Shown in pieces: positions 27,090 through 37,262 of a stretch of DNA of 63,805 bases. The position numbers and the translations under genes are program-made. Position 1 is the stretch's first letter. The number at the start of each line of letters is the position of its first letter. This DNA comes from Myxococcota bacterium (lineage in GTDB: Bacteria > Myxococcota_A > Bradymonadia > Bradymonadales > GCA-2716585). The notes under the pieces were generated by a model. It searched no databases. It saw only the letters and a program-made list of their open reading frames with translations, and was not told where the DNA came from. The stretch covers positions 1-63,805 of the forward strand of contig CAUJGC010000434.1 of assembly GCA_963169075.1 (NCBI GenBank), written 5' to 3'.

Positions 27090-28135
27090 GCCAAAAGGAC
27101 ACGTGAACGCTCAAGACAGGCCCAAAACGACCACAACTGGTCACAAACGACCAAACCCAGGTCATTAATGACCTCCTCCTTCGATATCGCTCCCTCACGA
27201 CTTCGCCCAGAGCGACCTCCGCCAATCTGGCGCATAAAATGCCAATCTTGCCACAAGAGGGACTGTCACCTCTGCCGCAACCCTTTACAGACAGACCACA
27301 AGAGGAGCTGAAGTGAAAAAATCATTAATATTTTTCATGTTATTAGCTTCAACAAGTTGCATCAAAAACACCTCATATCAAAATAAAAAAGAAATAAAGC
27401 ACCAAGCATCTACAGCCCTACAAGGCAATCAAAACAATATAAGCCCGAACAACACAATAGAAATAACCGAGGGCATCCACGAAGACCACCCCACAAATGA
27501 CACCCCCGAGCCAATCCCTGAACATGCCACAAAAGACCTCAACCACTTCAAAAAAGTCGAGATAGAATTAATTTACGCACATATTTCAGAAAAATCGATA
27601 GATCTGGAGATGCGAATAAAAAACTATAACAATCAGGAAAAAGAAATAAAGCTATCCCTGAATATAGAGGGGCTCGACACCATTGACATGGCAAAGTCAA
27701 ACATTATAACCATAAAAACAGGAGAGTCTGTGCAGACAGCATCCCTGCACACAGACGGAAAACCAACTAAAACACCCAAAGATGAAATCATCATTGAAAT
27801 CTACCCATACACAAGACCAGGACCGCATGAAGTCTCTATTCAATCCACACGCCACAAATTGAAATTTCAATCAGAAAAAAATGGTATCAGTACATACAAA
27901 AAATTAAATATAATTAATATTAAAAATCACAACATTGCCAGTCCCAATGGCCACTGGCTCAATTTTCCAAAACAAGGCAAACTCAGATAAATTTATAACT
28001 TTTCAGCCCAAATCATCTGTTGGACTTCTGCAGCAAGTCAACATGGACTTGAGCACTCGATTGGCAATACATGCCATGACTCATCAAAATGGTCAGAACG
28101 ATCCATCTCCTCTTGTACTCCATAAAAAGACGCGT
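27090..28135. other. About 1 kb AT-rich compositional island in an otherwise very GC-rich region
   Basis: Composition drops abruptly after the HAD gene stop (27082) and rises again at the RNase II-family gene stop (28136). Runs of A/T and AT-rich codons occur throughout. Boundaries are approximate and judged by eye. Confidence 0.8.
27313..27990 (+). CDS. Orphan N/K/I-rich putative lipoprotein encoded in the AT-rich island, 225 aa
   Basis: GTG start with AGAGGAG 5-6 nt upstream. Signal peptide MKKSLIFFMLLASTSC. Uninterrupted 225-codon ORF in AT-rich DNA, where random stops are frequent. No family recognised. Confidence 0.7.
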   Translation: MKKSLIFFMLLASTSCIKNTSYQNKKEIKHQASTALQGNQNNISPNNTIEITEGIHEDHPTNDTPEPIPEHATKDLNHFKKVEIELIYAHISEKSIDLEMRIKNYNNQEKEIKLSLNIEGLDTIDMAKSNIITIKTGESVQTASLHTDGKPTKTPKDEIIIEIYPYTRPGPHEVSIQSTRHKLKFQSEKNGISTYKKLNIINIKNHNIASPNGHWLNFPKQGKLR

Positions 28136-29962
28136 TCAAACAGCTACAACCGAGGTCGCCTCGTCCAGCTCGAGCTCGAAGCTCCAGCGTTCGCGGGCGG
28201 CGTCGTAGGCGCGGACGCGGACGCGGGCGGCATCGCCCAGGATGAAGCGTCGGGCGCCGTCGGTGAAGCAGGTGCGATCGGGGGTGGCGGCCCAGTCGCC
28301 GTCGAGGGTCTCGGCGTAGAGCTTGATCTCGATGGGGGGCTCGTCGAGCTGGAGGTAGAGGCGGGTGGGCTTGATCCCCATGACGGTGGCGAGGCGCCAG
28401 GGGCGGGCCTCCAGGGGGGCTTCGGCCTCGCGGTGGAGGAGCTGATCGATGACGAGCTTGTTGGCGGCCTTGGTGAGCTGGCGCTGGACGCCGCGTGCGC
28501 GGTTGGCGGCTTCGACGACGCGGAGGCGGAGCTGCTCGTCATCGGCGTTGTTGGCGGCGTCCTCGGGGCGTCCCAGGCGCTCCAGCAGCTCTTTGTGGGT
28601 GAAGACGCCGACGATCTCGCGCATCGGGGCGGAGAGGCGGACGTAGCCGGGGGCGCCGACGCCCCAGTGGGGTCCGACGTCGGCGGAGAAGGTGGAGGCC
28701 TCGGCGGAGATCATGGCCTGGGACTCGATGGTGCGGCGGACGCGCTCGGTGTCGGGGTCGGCAGCGGGGAGGCGCTCGATGTAGGCGGCGAGGGATTCGC
28801 CGTCGTCGCCGTACTCGGCGCGGGGGCGCCAGCACCAGACGGCGGGGTCGAGGCCGCGGGCGTGGACCAGCGCCTCGATGCCCTCGCGGAGCGCCTGGAG
28901 GCTGGCAGGCGAGGGGGCGGGGTGGACGCGGAAGATGGGCTGGACGTGGGGGAGGCCGGCGGCTTCGGTGAGGAGTCGCGCGCCTTCCATGTTGCAGAGG
29001 AGGGAGAGCTGCTCATTCCAGCGCTCGACCTCGACGCGGCTGGCCCCGGTGGCGACGAAGGTGAAGCCCTGGGCGTCGCCGTAGTCGATGTCGATGTAGC
29101 GCCGCTCGTAGCTGACCACGTCGCGCTCGCGGGCGGCCTGGATGCGGAGGAGGCCGACCTCGCGGAGCAGCTCCAGGGTCTCGGTCCAGGGCTGACCGGA
29201 GAGCGGCGAGGAGGCGGGATCGTCGTGCCAGCGCTGGACGCCGCTGTAGGAGAGCTTGGCCTGGCTGCGGATGCGGGCGCGGAGGACCTCGGTGCCCAGG
29301 AGCTGGCCGCTGGCGTCGAGGGTCGTAGCCAGGACGAGGGCGCGGCGGTCCACCTGGGGGTTGAGGGAGATGATGCCCTCGGAGAGGGCGCGGGGGAGCA
29401 TGGGCACGCTGAGGCGGGGGAGGTAGAAGCTGGTGCCGCGCCGCAGGGCCTCCGCGAAGAGCGCCGTGCCGGGGCGGACGTAGTAGGCGGCGTCGGCCAG
29501 GGCGTAGAGGACCTCGACGCGCCCGCCGTCGAGGCGGCGGAGGAACATGGCCTGGTCGAGATCGCGGGAGTCCTCGTTATCAATCGTTACAAAGGGCAAC
29601 GACGTAAGATCTCTCAGCTCGGCGTCATCAACGCCGGGGTTCTGGAGGATCGCCTCGACCTCCGCGTCCACCTCCGGCGGGAAGAGCGGCGAGAGGCGGA
29701 AGCGCGGCAGCAGGCGGTAGAGCGCGGCCTTGGCGCTCCCCGGCGGCGCCAGCACCGCCAGGATTTGCGCCGGGCCTCCCCCCGCAGGCAGGAGCGCCTC
29801 CACCACCGCCCCCGCAGGCACCTCCGCCGCGGCCTCCGGCGAGAGCGGCGCCGCGTCGTCGGGTTGCAGGAGCGCGGCCACCGCCGGCCCAAGCGTCGGG
29901 TGGAGGATCGTCTCGCCCAGGACGCGACGCTCAACTTGCTGGCTGCTCACAAAGACCTCCAC
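28136..29962 (-). CDS. RNase II/R-family (RNB domain) exoribonuclease, 608 aa
   Basis: RNB motif FVTIDNEDSRDLDQAMF, with downstream conserved blocks (SFYLPRLSVPMLP, YSGVQRW) and a C-terminal S1-like region. The start at 29962 is GTG; an alternative GTG at 29950 has GGTGGAGG upstream. Confidence 0.8.
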   Translation of the reverse strand: MEVFVSSQQVERRVLGETILHPTLGPAVAALLQPDDAAPLSPEAAAEVPAGAVVEALLPAGGGPAQILAVLAPPGSAKAALYRLLPRFRLSPLFPPEVDAEVEAILQNPGVDDAELRDLTSLPFVTIDNEDSRDLDQAMFLRRLDGGRVEVLYALADAAYYVRPGTALFAEALRRGTSFYLPRLSVPMLPRALSEGIISLNPQVDRRALVLATTLDASGQLLGTEVLRARIRSQAKLSYSGVQRWHDDPASSPLSGQPWTETLELLREVGLLRIQAARERDVVSYERRYIDIDYGDAQGFTFVATGASRVEVERWNEQLSLLCNMEGARLLTEAAGLPHVQPIFRVHPAPSPASLQALREGIEALVHARGLDPAVWCWRPRAEYGDDGESLAAYIERLPAADPDTERVRRTIESQAMISAEASTFSADVGPHWGVGAPGYVRLSAPMREIVGVFTHKELLERLGRPEDAANNADDEQLRLRVVEAANRARGVQRQLTKAANKLVIDQLLHREAEAPLEARPWRLATVMGIKPTRLYLQLDEPPIEIKLYAETLDGDWAATPDRTCFTDGARRFILGDAARVRVRAYDAARERWSFELELDEATSVVAV

Positions 29963-29976
29963 CGCTGGGCGCGGCC

Positions 29977-32349
29977 TCAGAGCGCCCCCGCCGAGGCCGG
30001 CGGCGCCGGCGCGGAGGGAGGCGCTGGCGCGCCGTGATCATGACCGTCCCCCGGCCCATGCCCGGCGCCGACGTGCGGGAGCCCCGGGCCGCTGCCGTGG
30101 GCGTGCCCGCGCTGCACCGGCTTGCCGGCGATCCGGGCGTTCAGCTCGTCCAGCTCCAGGAGCAGGTTCTTGCGGCTCGGGTGCCCGGGGAAGGCCGCGA
30201 GCGCCTTCTCCGTGTGCTCCTTCGCCAGCGCCCACTTCTCATCGGTCGAGTGGATGTGCGCGATGCGGATGTGAATATCCGCGCGCTGGCGCCCCGCGCT
30301 GGTCGGCTCCTTCTCCAACGCCCGCGTCAGCACCGCCAGCGCCTCGTCGTTGCGCTTCTGGGTCAGGTAGAGGTTGCCCAGCGAGAGGAACGCCCGGCTG
30401 AAGCGCGGGTGCAGCTCCAGCGCGCGCTTGAGGTTCGCCTCCGCGTGCGCCGAGCTCTCCTCATCCATGAACGAGAGGAGCACCTGCGCGCTGAGCGGGT
30501 TGGGGTCCACAGGCGGCTGCCCCGCGCTCGGGGGCGGCGGCTTGGGCACGTCCCCCCGCGAGGCCTGGAGGCGCTCGCGTCCCCGCTGGATCGCCAGCCG
30601 CGCCTGGAGCCCGCCCAGCGTCGCCAGGAGCCGCGGATCGAAGGGGCGCGCCTGGAGCGCCGCCACCAGCGCCTCCTCCGCGCGGCCGTCGCCGCGCTTC
30701 GCCGTCAGCACCTGCGCGCGCTGGAAGAGCGCGATGTCGTTGCTCGGCAGCACCGCCAGCGCCGCGTCGTAGGCCTCCTCGGCCCGATCCAGCGACCCGT
30801 GGCGGAGCCACACGTCCCCGCGGGCCTGGTAGTAGTTGCTCACCACCATCAGCCCGCCCAGGTAGAGCGCCAGCGCCGCCCCTGCCAGCGGCAGGAGGCC
30901 CGCCAGCGTCCAGCGCTCCATCACCTGCGCGCCGCTCACCTCCCGCGAGAGCACCCACGGCCGCGCCAGCCCCCGGTCCCCGATCAAGAGCGTCGACTCC
31001 CGCACGATCGCCCCCGAGGCCACCATCCAGAGCGCCGCCCAGGGCGCCGTCCCCAGCAGCTCCTCCCGCGCGGCGCCGATCCCCATCGCGAAGAGCGCCC
31101 CCGCCAGGCCAAAGATGTGCAGGAGCGGCAGCGCCTGCCCCTCCTCCGACGCCTGGGCGCTCCGCCGGAGGGCCTGCCACAGCACGCTCAAGACCACCAG
31201 CCCGAAGAGCGCCAGCAGCCCCACCCCGAAGACCCCCAGCTCCGCCGCCAGCTGGACCCAGGTGTTGTGGGCCGAGCGCAGCGTCGAGCGGCTCTGCGTC
31301 GTCCCCTGATACCAGGGCGACCCCAGCGCCGCCCAGCCCATCGCTCCGGCGTCGTAGCTCCCGGCCCCGAGCCCCCGCAGCGGCGCCGAGGAGAAGGCCG
31401 CCAGCCCCGTCTCCACCGCGAACTCACGCTGCAGCTCGCCGCTCAACGCCTCGGGGCGATCCCAGTCCACGTCCTCCGCCGCGTAGCGCTCGCGCTCCAG
31501 CTCCGTCCCCTGAAGCTCCGCAGGCAGCGCGGGGTCCGCCGTGGGCGCCGCAGGCGCCGCCCACACCCCGCCCAGCGCCACCAGCCCCGCCGCGCCCAAC
31601 CCCGCCAGCGCCCCCGCGCTGGGCAGCAGCCCCCGCGCCCCGTGCCCCAGCGCGATCACCCCCGCCGCCAGCGCCACGCCGCCCCCCAGCGCCCACCACG
31701 CGTCCACCACGTTGACCATCCCCAGGTAGAACGCCCCAAGCCCCAGCCCCAGCCCGCTGATCACCCGCGCCGGGAGCGACCCGGTGAAGGCCCCGGCCGC
31801 CGCCAGCGGCAGCCCGGCGGCCACCGTCAGCGCGGCGAGCCGCTCGTTGTCAAACGCCCCGCGCAGCCCGTCCGCCGTCAGCGTCGGCGCCGCCGGGTCC
31901 ACCACCACGCCAAAGCCCTGCGCGATCCCCAGCGCGCTCGCCGCCCCCAGCCCGCCCGCCGCCGCCGCCGCCAGCGCGGAGAAGGGCAGCGGGCGCTCCA
32001 GCGGGTCCAGCACCGCCAGCAACACCCCAAGCAGCGCCACCCAGCGCCCCGACGCCACCAGCGCGTCGGTCGGGTTCACCGCCCACACCGCGCTCACCAG
32101 CGAGAGCACCACCAGCCCCACCACCGGCAGCAGCGCCAGCACACCCCGCAGCCGCAGCGTCTGCCCGCGCACCGCCCGCGCCGTCCACAGCAGGAGGAGC
32201 AGCGAGCCACCCGCCACCAGCACGCCCTCCTTGATCACCTCGTACGCGGTGAAGCCGCTCGCAAAGGTCACAGGCAGCGCCGCCATGAGCAGCAACACCA
32301 GGATATTCTCAGCGCTCCATGTGCGCGCAGGGGCCTCGGACTCGGTCAT
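29977..32349 (-). CDS. O-antigen-ligase-like (Wzy_C) polytopic membrane protein with C-terminal TPR repeats and a His/Gly-rich tail, 790 aa
   Basis: About 10 or more TM helices. Wzy_C-like block SAHNTWVQLAAELGVFGVGLLALFG. TPR-like C-terminal third. Tail RGHAHGSGPGLPHVGAGHGPGDGHDHG. Confidence 0.8.
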   Translation of the reverse strand: MTESEAPARTWSAENILVLLLMAALPVTFASGFTAYEVIKEGVLVAGGSLLLLLWTARAVRGQTLRLRGVLALLPVVGLVVLSLVSAVWAVNPTDALVASGRWVALLGVLLAVLDPLERPLPFSALAAAAAGGLGAASALGIAQGFGVVVDPAAPTLTADGLRGAFDNERLAALTVAAGLPLAAAGAFTGSLPARVISGLGLGLGAFYLGMVNVVDAWWALGGGVALAAGVIALGHGARGLLPSAGALAGLGAAGLVALGGVWAAPAAPTADPALPAELQGTELERERYAAEDVDWDRPEALSGELQREFAVETGLAAFSSAPLRGLGAGSYDAGAMGWAALGSPWYQGTTQSRSTLRSAHNTWVQLAAELGVFGVGLLALFGLVVLSVLWQALRRSAQASEEGQALPLLHIFGLAGALFAMGIGAAREELLGTAPWAALWMVASGAIVRESTLLIGDRGLARPWVLSREVSGAQVMERWTLAGLLPLAGAALALYLGGLMVVSNYYQARGDVWLRHGSLDRAEEAYDAALAVLPSNDIALFQRAQVLTAKRGDGRAEEALVAALQARPFDPRLLATLGGLQARLAIQRGRERLQASRGDVPKPPPPSAGQPPVDPNPLSAQVLLSFMDEESSAHAEANLKRALELHPRFSRAFLSLGNLYLTQKRNDEALAVLTRALEKEPTSAGRQRADIHIRIAHIHSTDEKWALAKEHTEKALAAFPGHPSRKNLLLELDELNARIAGKPVQRGHAHGSGPGLPHVGAGHGPGDGHDHGAPAPPSAPAPPASAGAL

Positions 32350-32610
32350 GATCGCCTCGATGCTTCAAGCTCTGCTGCGGCGCCTCCCGCCAGCAGGCGC
32401 CGCGCCGTAACCTTCCACACTGGGGACACCCCCGCCCCCTGTCAAGGCTCCAGCGCGGGGAATGCGCCCCCTGGCGCGCCCGTTGGCCTCTCGACGCGCC
32501 CCGGACGACCCGCCGGGGCCCTTGCGCGACCCGAGGCGCGCCGCTACACTCGATAAAAGCTCGGCGCCTGCACCGCACGCCCTCCCCCACCAAGGCCAGG
32601 AGCCCCTACC

Positions 32611-33615
32611 ATGCGCCCCCAGCCTGACGAGATCGCAGCGCTCTACCAGGGCGAGACAGCGCCCCGCTCTCCCCTCCTCGCCGCGCTCCTCACCCTCGCG
32701 CACCCCGCCCTCGGCTTCCTCTACGTCGGCAAGCCCCGGCAGGCCGCCGCGGCCGCCCTCACGCTCCTCGCCCTCCCCGCCGCCCTCCTCGCCCTCTGCG
32801 CCCTCACCGACCTCCTCCCCCTCCTCCCCGCCGCCGCCCTCGCCCTCGGCTACGCCCTCCTCACCCTCGCCTGCCTCCTCGGCGTCGTCTCCGACGCCCG
32901 GCGCGCACCCCGACACTACCTCCTCCAGCCCTACAACCACCCCCTCGCCTATGCCCTCCTCGGCGTCGCCCTCACCCTCCTCCCCGCCCTCACCACCTCC
33001 TACCTCCTCACCGAGGTCCTCTACGACGTCGTCACCCTCGACGACGACGCCATGTACCCCACCGCCCTCCAGGGCGACACCCTCCTGATCGACCGCCGCG
33101 CCTGGCGGCGCGACGAACCCCCGCGCGGCGCCCTCGTCGCCGTCCAGACCGCCGACCGGCGCGGACACCCCGGCCCGGCCCTCGTCGGGCGCGTCATCGC
33201 CCGCGGCGGCGACGTCGTCGCCACCTCCGGCCCCCAGCTCCGCGTCAACCAGGAGCCCCTCCCCTGGCAGATCTTCGAAGGCGACGCCGACACCCCGCGA
33301 CCCACCACCGCCCCACGCTACATCGAGGTCAACGACGGCAGCCGCTACCTCATCGCAGGCAACGCCACCCCCCCGCCCTACCCCGGCGAGGGCGCCACCC
33401 TCACCGTGACCCCCCAACATCTGCTCGTCCTGGGAGACAACCGCGCCAACGCCGACGCCCCCCTCCGGCGCCTCGGCGCCATCGCCCAGGACCGCCTCCT
33501 CGGCCAGCCCCGCTATGTCCTCTGGTCCACCTCCACCACCCCTTCGGACGACGGCGGAGCGAGCAGCGCAGCCCCCCGGGTCCGCTGGGAGCGCATCGGC
33601 CTCCAGCTCCGCTGA
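32611..33615 (+). CDS. Signal peptidase I (S26) homolog with all catalytic positions substituted and an N-terminal multi-TM extension, 334 aa
   Basis: Boxes are recognisable but altered. DDDAMYPTAL has Ala in place of the Ser nucleophile. VGRVIARGGD has Gly in place of the Lys general base. LGDNRANADAP has Ala at both Ser positions. Three to four TM helices precede the domain. Confidence 0.75.
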   Translation: MRPQPDEIAALYQGETAPRSPLLAALLTLAHPALGFLYVGKPRQAAAAALTLLALPAALLALCALTDLLPLLPAAALALGYALLTLACLLGVVSDARRAPRHYLLQPYNHPLAYALLGVALTLLPALTTSYLLTEVLYDVVTLDDDAMYPTALQGDTLLIDRRAWRRDEPPRGALVAVQTADRRGHPGPALVGRVIARGGDVVATSGPQLRVNQEPLPWQIFEGDADTPRPTTAPRYIEVNDGSRYLIAGNATPPPYPGEGATLTVTPQHLLVLGDNRANADAPLRRLGAIAQDRLLGQPRYVLWSTSTTPSDDGGASSAAPRVRWERIGLQLR

Positions 33616-33645
33616 CCCCCAACCCACCCACAACCCAGACGCTGC

Positions 33646-35460
33646 ATGACCCCAAGCCCTCCCTCCCGGGCACGACGCATCCTCGCGACCCTCACCCGCC
33701 ACGCCGGCACCTTCTCCCTCGGCGCCCTCTTCCTCATCCTCACCAACCTCCTCGCCCTCCAGATCCCACGCCTCCTCGGGGACGCCGTCCAGCTCCTCCG
33801 CGATGCCGAGACCCTGGGCAGCGCCTTCGATCTGGACGCCATCCAGACCCTCGCCTTGACCATCACAGGCTGCGCCGTCGCCGCCGCCGTCGTCCGCATC
33901 CTCAGCCGCATCTTCGTCTTCAACGGCGGGCGGCTCATCGAGTTCGAGCTGCGCGAAGAGCTCTTCGCTCACCTCACCACCCTCGACGTCTCCTACTTTC
34001 AGCAGACGTCAACGGGAGATCTCGTCAGCAGGCTCGGCAATGATATCCTGTTTATAAGGGCCTTCTACGGCTTCAGCCTCCTCAACATCGTCAACACCCT
34101 CGTCGCCTTCTCCATCGTCCTCACCCAGATGGTCCAGGTCGATCCCCAGCTCACCCTCGCCTGCCTCCTCCCCTACCCCGTCTTCTTCCTCACCATGGGC
34201 CTCTTCACCCGCGCCCTCTACCAGCGCACCCAGGACGCCCAGGCCACCCTCGCGGACCTCAGCGCCCGCGCCCAGGAGAACATCGCCGGCGCCGCCGTCG
34301 TCAAAGCCTTCGGCATCCAACGCCAGGAGTCCGAGGCCTTCCGCGACCTCAGCGAACGCTACGTCCACGCCAACCTCGCCCTCGCACGCGTCCGCGGCGC
34401 ACTCTTCCCCTACATGGGCCTCATCCCCGCCATGGGCACCCTCCTCATGCTCGCCCTCGGCGGGCAGCGCGTCGTCGAAGGACACCTCGACCTCGGCGCC
34501 TTCGTCACCTTCTCCGGCTACCTCGTCGCCCTCGCCTGGCCCACCGCCGGCATCGGCTGGGCCCTCATGTCCTGGTACCGCGGCACCGCCGCCTTCGACC
34601 GCGTCTTCCAGATCCTCGACGCCAGGCCGCGCATCCACGACGCCCCCGACGCGCAGCCCCTCCCCCTCGGCCCCGACGGGCGCGCACGCGGCGAGATCAC
34701 CTTCGATCACGTCTCCCTCACCTACGACGACGGCACCGTCGCCCTCCGCGACGTCCACCTCACCATCCGCCCCGGCGAGCGCGTCGCCATCGTCGGACGC
34801 ACCGGCGCAGGCAAGACCACCCTCCTCCAGCTCATCCCACGCCTCCGCGACCCCTCCCAGGGACAGCTCCTCCTCGACGGCGTCCCCCTCCAGCGCATCT
34901 CCCTCGCCTCGCTGCGACGACGCGTCGCCACCACACCCCAGGACCCCTTCCTCTTCTCCACCACCGTCGAGGAGAACATCCGCCTCGGCCTCCTCGCCCG
35001 AGACGCCGAGCCCGGCGACGCACCCCCCTCGCGCCTCTCCCTCGACGACGCCGTCCGGATCGCCCACCTCCAGGATGACCTCACCGCCCTCCCCGAGGGA
35101 CTCCAGACCCTCGTCGGAGAGCGCGGCGTCACCCTCTCCGGAGGCCAGAAGCAGCGCGTCACCATCGCCCGCGCTGTCCTCCTCGACCCCGACATCCTCC
35201 TCCTCGACGACGCCCTCTCCAGCGTGGACACACGCACCGAGCGGCACATCCTCGAAGAGCTCAAGACCCTCATGCAGGGGCGCACCTGCATCCTCGTCAC
35301 CCACCGCTTCAACGCCCTGGAGCTGGTGGACCGCATCGTCGTCATGGACCAGGGACACCTCCTGGAGGTCGGCACCCACGCCGAACTCCTCGCCCTCGGC
35401 GGACACTACGCCCGCATGGTCGAGCGCCAACGCATCGAAGCCGAGCTGGAGGACGCATGA
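33646..35460 (+). CDS. ABC exporter half-transporter (TMD-NBD), subunit 1, 604 aa
   Basis: Six-helix exporter TMD. Walker A GRTGAGKTT. Canonical signature LSGGQKQR. Walker B LLLDDA, with Asp instead of the catalytic Glu. Confidence 0.9.
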   Translation: MTPSPPSRARRILATLTRHAGTFSLGALFLILTNLLALQIPRLLGDAVQLLRDAETLGSAFDLDAIQTLALTITGCAVAAAVVRILSRIFVFNGGRLIEFELREELFAHLTTLDVSYFQQTSTGDLVSRLGNDILFIRAFYGFSLLNIVNTLVAFSIVLTQMVQVDPQLTLACLLPYPVFFLTMGLFTRALYQRTQDAQATLADLSARAQENIAGAAVVKAFGIQRQESEAFRDLSERYVHANLALARVRGALFPYMGLIPAMGTLLMLALGGQRVVEGHLDLGAFVTFSGYLVALAWPTAGIGWALMSWYRGTAAFDRVFQILDARPRIHDAPDAQPLPLGPDGRARGEITFDHVSLTYDDGTVALRDVHLTIRPGERVAIVGRTGAGKTTLLQLIPRLRDPSQGQLLLDGVPLQRISLASLRRRVATTPQDPFLFSTTVEENIRLGLLARDAEPGDAPPSRLSLDDAVRIAHLQDDLTALPEGLQTLVGERGVTLSGGQKQRVTIARAVLLDPDILLLDDALSSVDTRTERHILEELKTLMQGRTCILVTHRFNALELVDRIVVMDQGHLLEVGTHAELLALGGHYARMVERQRIEAELEDA

Positions 35461-37262
35461 GCGCCGCCGCACAACCCGCCAACGACAGCACCACCGCAGC
35501 CCCCCTCGAGACCCGCGACTCCCGCCTCTACGCACGCCTCCTCGCCTTTGCCAGGCCCTGGCGCGCCCTCTTCTTCACCTGCCTCCTCCTCCTCCCCCTC
35601 GCCTCACTCGTCGCGCTAATCCAACCCCAGCTCCTCCAGCTCGCCATCGACGACCACCTCGTCCCCAGGCGCTGGGACGGCCTCCCCCTCCTCATCGCCG
35701 CCTTCGCTGGCGTCACCGCCCTCAACTTCGCCCTCTCCTTCCTCCAGCTCTACCTCATGGACCTCGCCGGACAGCGCGTCCTCCGCGAGCTGCGCTGCGC
35801 CGTCTTCGATAAGCTCCAGCGACTCCAGATCGGCTACTTCCACCGCAACCCCGTCGGGCGCATCATGACCCGCCTCACCAACGACGTGGACGCACTCCAG
35901 GAGGCCCTCTCCAGCGGCGTCGTCACCATCATCGGGGACATCGTCACCCTCGCCGCCATCACCGTCATCCTCCTCGTCAAGAGCTGGCAGCTCGCCCTCG
36001 TCACCTTCCTCGCCGTACCCCTCCTCCTCGCCCTCTCCGTCCTCTTCCGACGCCTCCTCCGCGAGGCCTACCGCGCCCTCCGCGCCGAGACCGCACGCCT
36101 CAACACCTCCCTCCAGGAGTCCGTCACCGGCATGAGCATCATCCAGCTCTTCGCCCACGAGCGGCGCTCCCGACAGGCCTACACCGACATCAACGACAGC
36201 TACCGGCGCTCCGCCTACGCCGTCATCCGCTGGGACGCCTCCCTCTACGCCCTCGTCGAGATGATCTCCTCCATCGCCGTCGCTGGCATCATCTGGTACG
36301 GCGCCGGACAGGCCCTCGAAGACGTCGTCACCCTCGGCGTCCTCGTCGCCTTCATCGAGTACGTCGGGCGCTTCTTCACCCCCATCCGCGACCTCGCCCA
36401 GAAGTACGCCGTCATCCAGTCCGCCTTCGCCTCCGCCGAGCGCCTCTTCGAGATCCTCGACAGCGACGAGACCCTCCCCGAAGACCCCCAGCCCCTCCCC
36501 CTCACCGAGCTGCGCCACGGCATCGAGCTGCGCAACGTCTGGTTCGCCTACAAAGGCGAGCAATGGATCCTCAAAGACGTCTCCCTCCACATCAAGCGCG
36601 GCGAAAAAGTCGCCCTCGTCGGACACACCGGCGCAGGCAAGAGCACCCTCATCGGCCTCCTCACACGCCTCCACGACGTCCAGCGCGGACAGATCCTCAT
36701 CGACGGCCACGACATCCGCCGCTACCGCGTCGAGGACCTCCGACGCCTCTTCGCCGTCGTCCTCCAGGACGCCTTCCTCTTCAGCGGCACCCTCCGCGAG
36801 AACCTCACCCTCCGCTCACCCCGCGTCCAGCCCGAGGACGTCGCCTGGGGCAGCCAGCTCGTCGGCCTCCAGCGCATCCTCGACCGCTACCCCGACGGCC
36901 TGGAGCACCCCATCCGCGAGCGCGGCGCCAACCTCTCCGTCGGAGAGCGGCAGCTCGTCTCCTTCGCACGCGCCCTCGCCACACGACCCCAGGTCCTCAT
37001 CCTCGACGAGGCCACCGCCAACGTCGACACCGAGACCGAGGCCGTCATCCAGCACGCCACCGAGGCCATGCTCGCCCAGCAGACCTCCGTCGTCATCGCC
37101 CACCGACTCTCCACCATCCAGCGCGCCGACCACATCGTCGTCCTCCACCACGGCCAGGTGGCGGAGGTCGGCACCCACGACTCCCTCCTCAAAGCGGGCG
37201 GCCTCTACGCCACCCTCGTCCGCCTCCACCTCCACGCCGAGGATCACGGCGACAGACAGTAG
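35457..37262 (+). CDS. ABC exporter half-transporter (TMD-NBD), subunit 2, 601 aa
   Basis: The ATG overlaps the subunit-1 stop (ATGA, 35457-35460). Walker [10 protein letters not shown]. Non-canonical signature LSVGERQL. Canonical Walker B LILDEA. Confidence 0.9.
   Translation: MSAAAQPANDSTTAAPLETRDSRLYARLLAFARPWRALFFTCLLLLPLASLVALIQPQLLQLAIDDHLVPRRWDGLPLLIAAFAGVTALNFALSFLQLYLMDLAGQRVLRELRCAVFDKLQRLQIGYFHRNPVGRIMTRLTNDVDALQEALSSGVVTIIGDIVTLAAITVILLVKSWQLALVTFLAVPLLLALSVLFRRLLREAYRALRAETARLNTSLQESVTGMSIIQLFAHERRSRQAYTDINDSYRRSAYAVIRWDASLYALVEMISSIAVAGIIWYGAGQALEDVVTLGVLVAFIEYVGRFFTPIRDLAQKYAVIQSAFASAERLFEILDSDETLPEDPQPLPLTELRHGIELRNVWFAYKGEQWILKDVSLHIKRGEKVALVGHTGAGKSTLIGLLTRLHDVQRGQILIDGHDIRRYRVEDLRRLFAVVLQDAFLFSGTLRENLTLRSPRVQPEDVAWGSQLVGLQRILDRYPDGLEHPIRERGANLSVGERQLVSFARALATRPQVLILDEATANVDTETEAVIQHATEAMLAQQTSVVIAHRLSTIQRADHIVVLHHGQVAEVGTHDSLLKAGGLYATLVRLHLHAEDHGDRQ

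Noticed and set aside
25574-27256. Long N-terminal extensions of several track ORFs (226..3795, 14218..16110, 25574..27256, 43904..45655, 49989..50963, 51727..53352, 56926..58635, 58583..60031)
   Set aside because: The extensions overlap upstream genes or have low-complexity G/A/R/P composition. Internal starts with Shine-Dalgarno sequences, signal peptides or stop-start overlaps (ATGA/GTGATG) give family-typical lengths, so these ORFs were trimmed.
27090-28135. AT-rich island as a prophage remnant, IS element or integrative element
   Set aside because: I found no integrase, transposase, tRNA target, terminal inverted repeats or convincing flanking direct repeats. It is kept only as a compositional island with one orphan gene.
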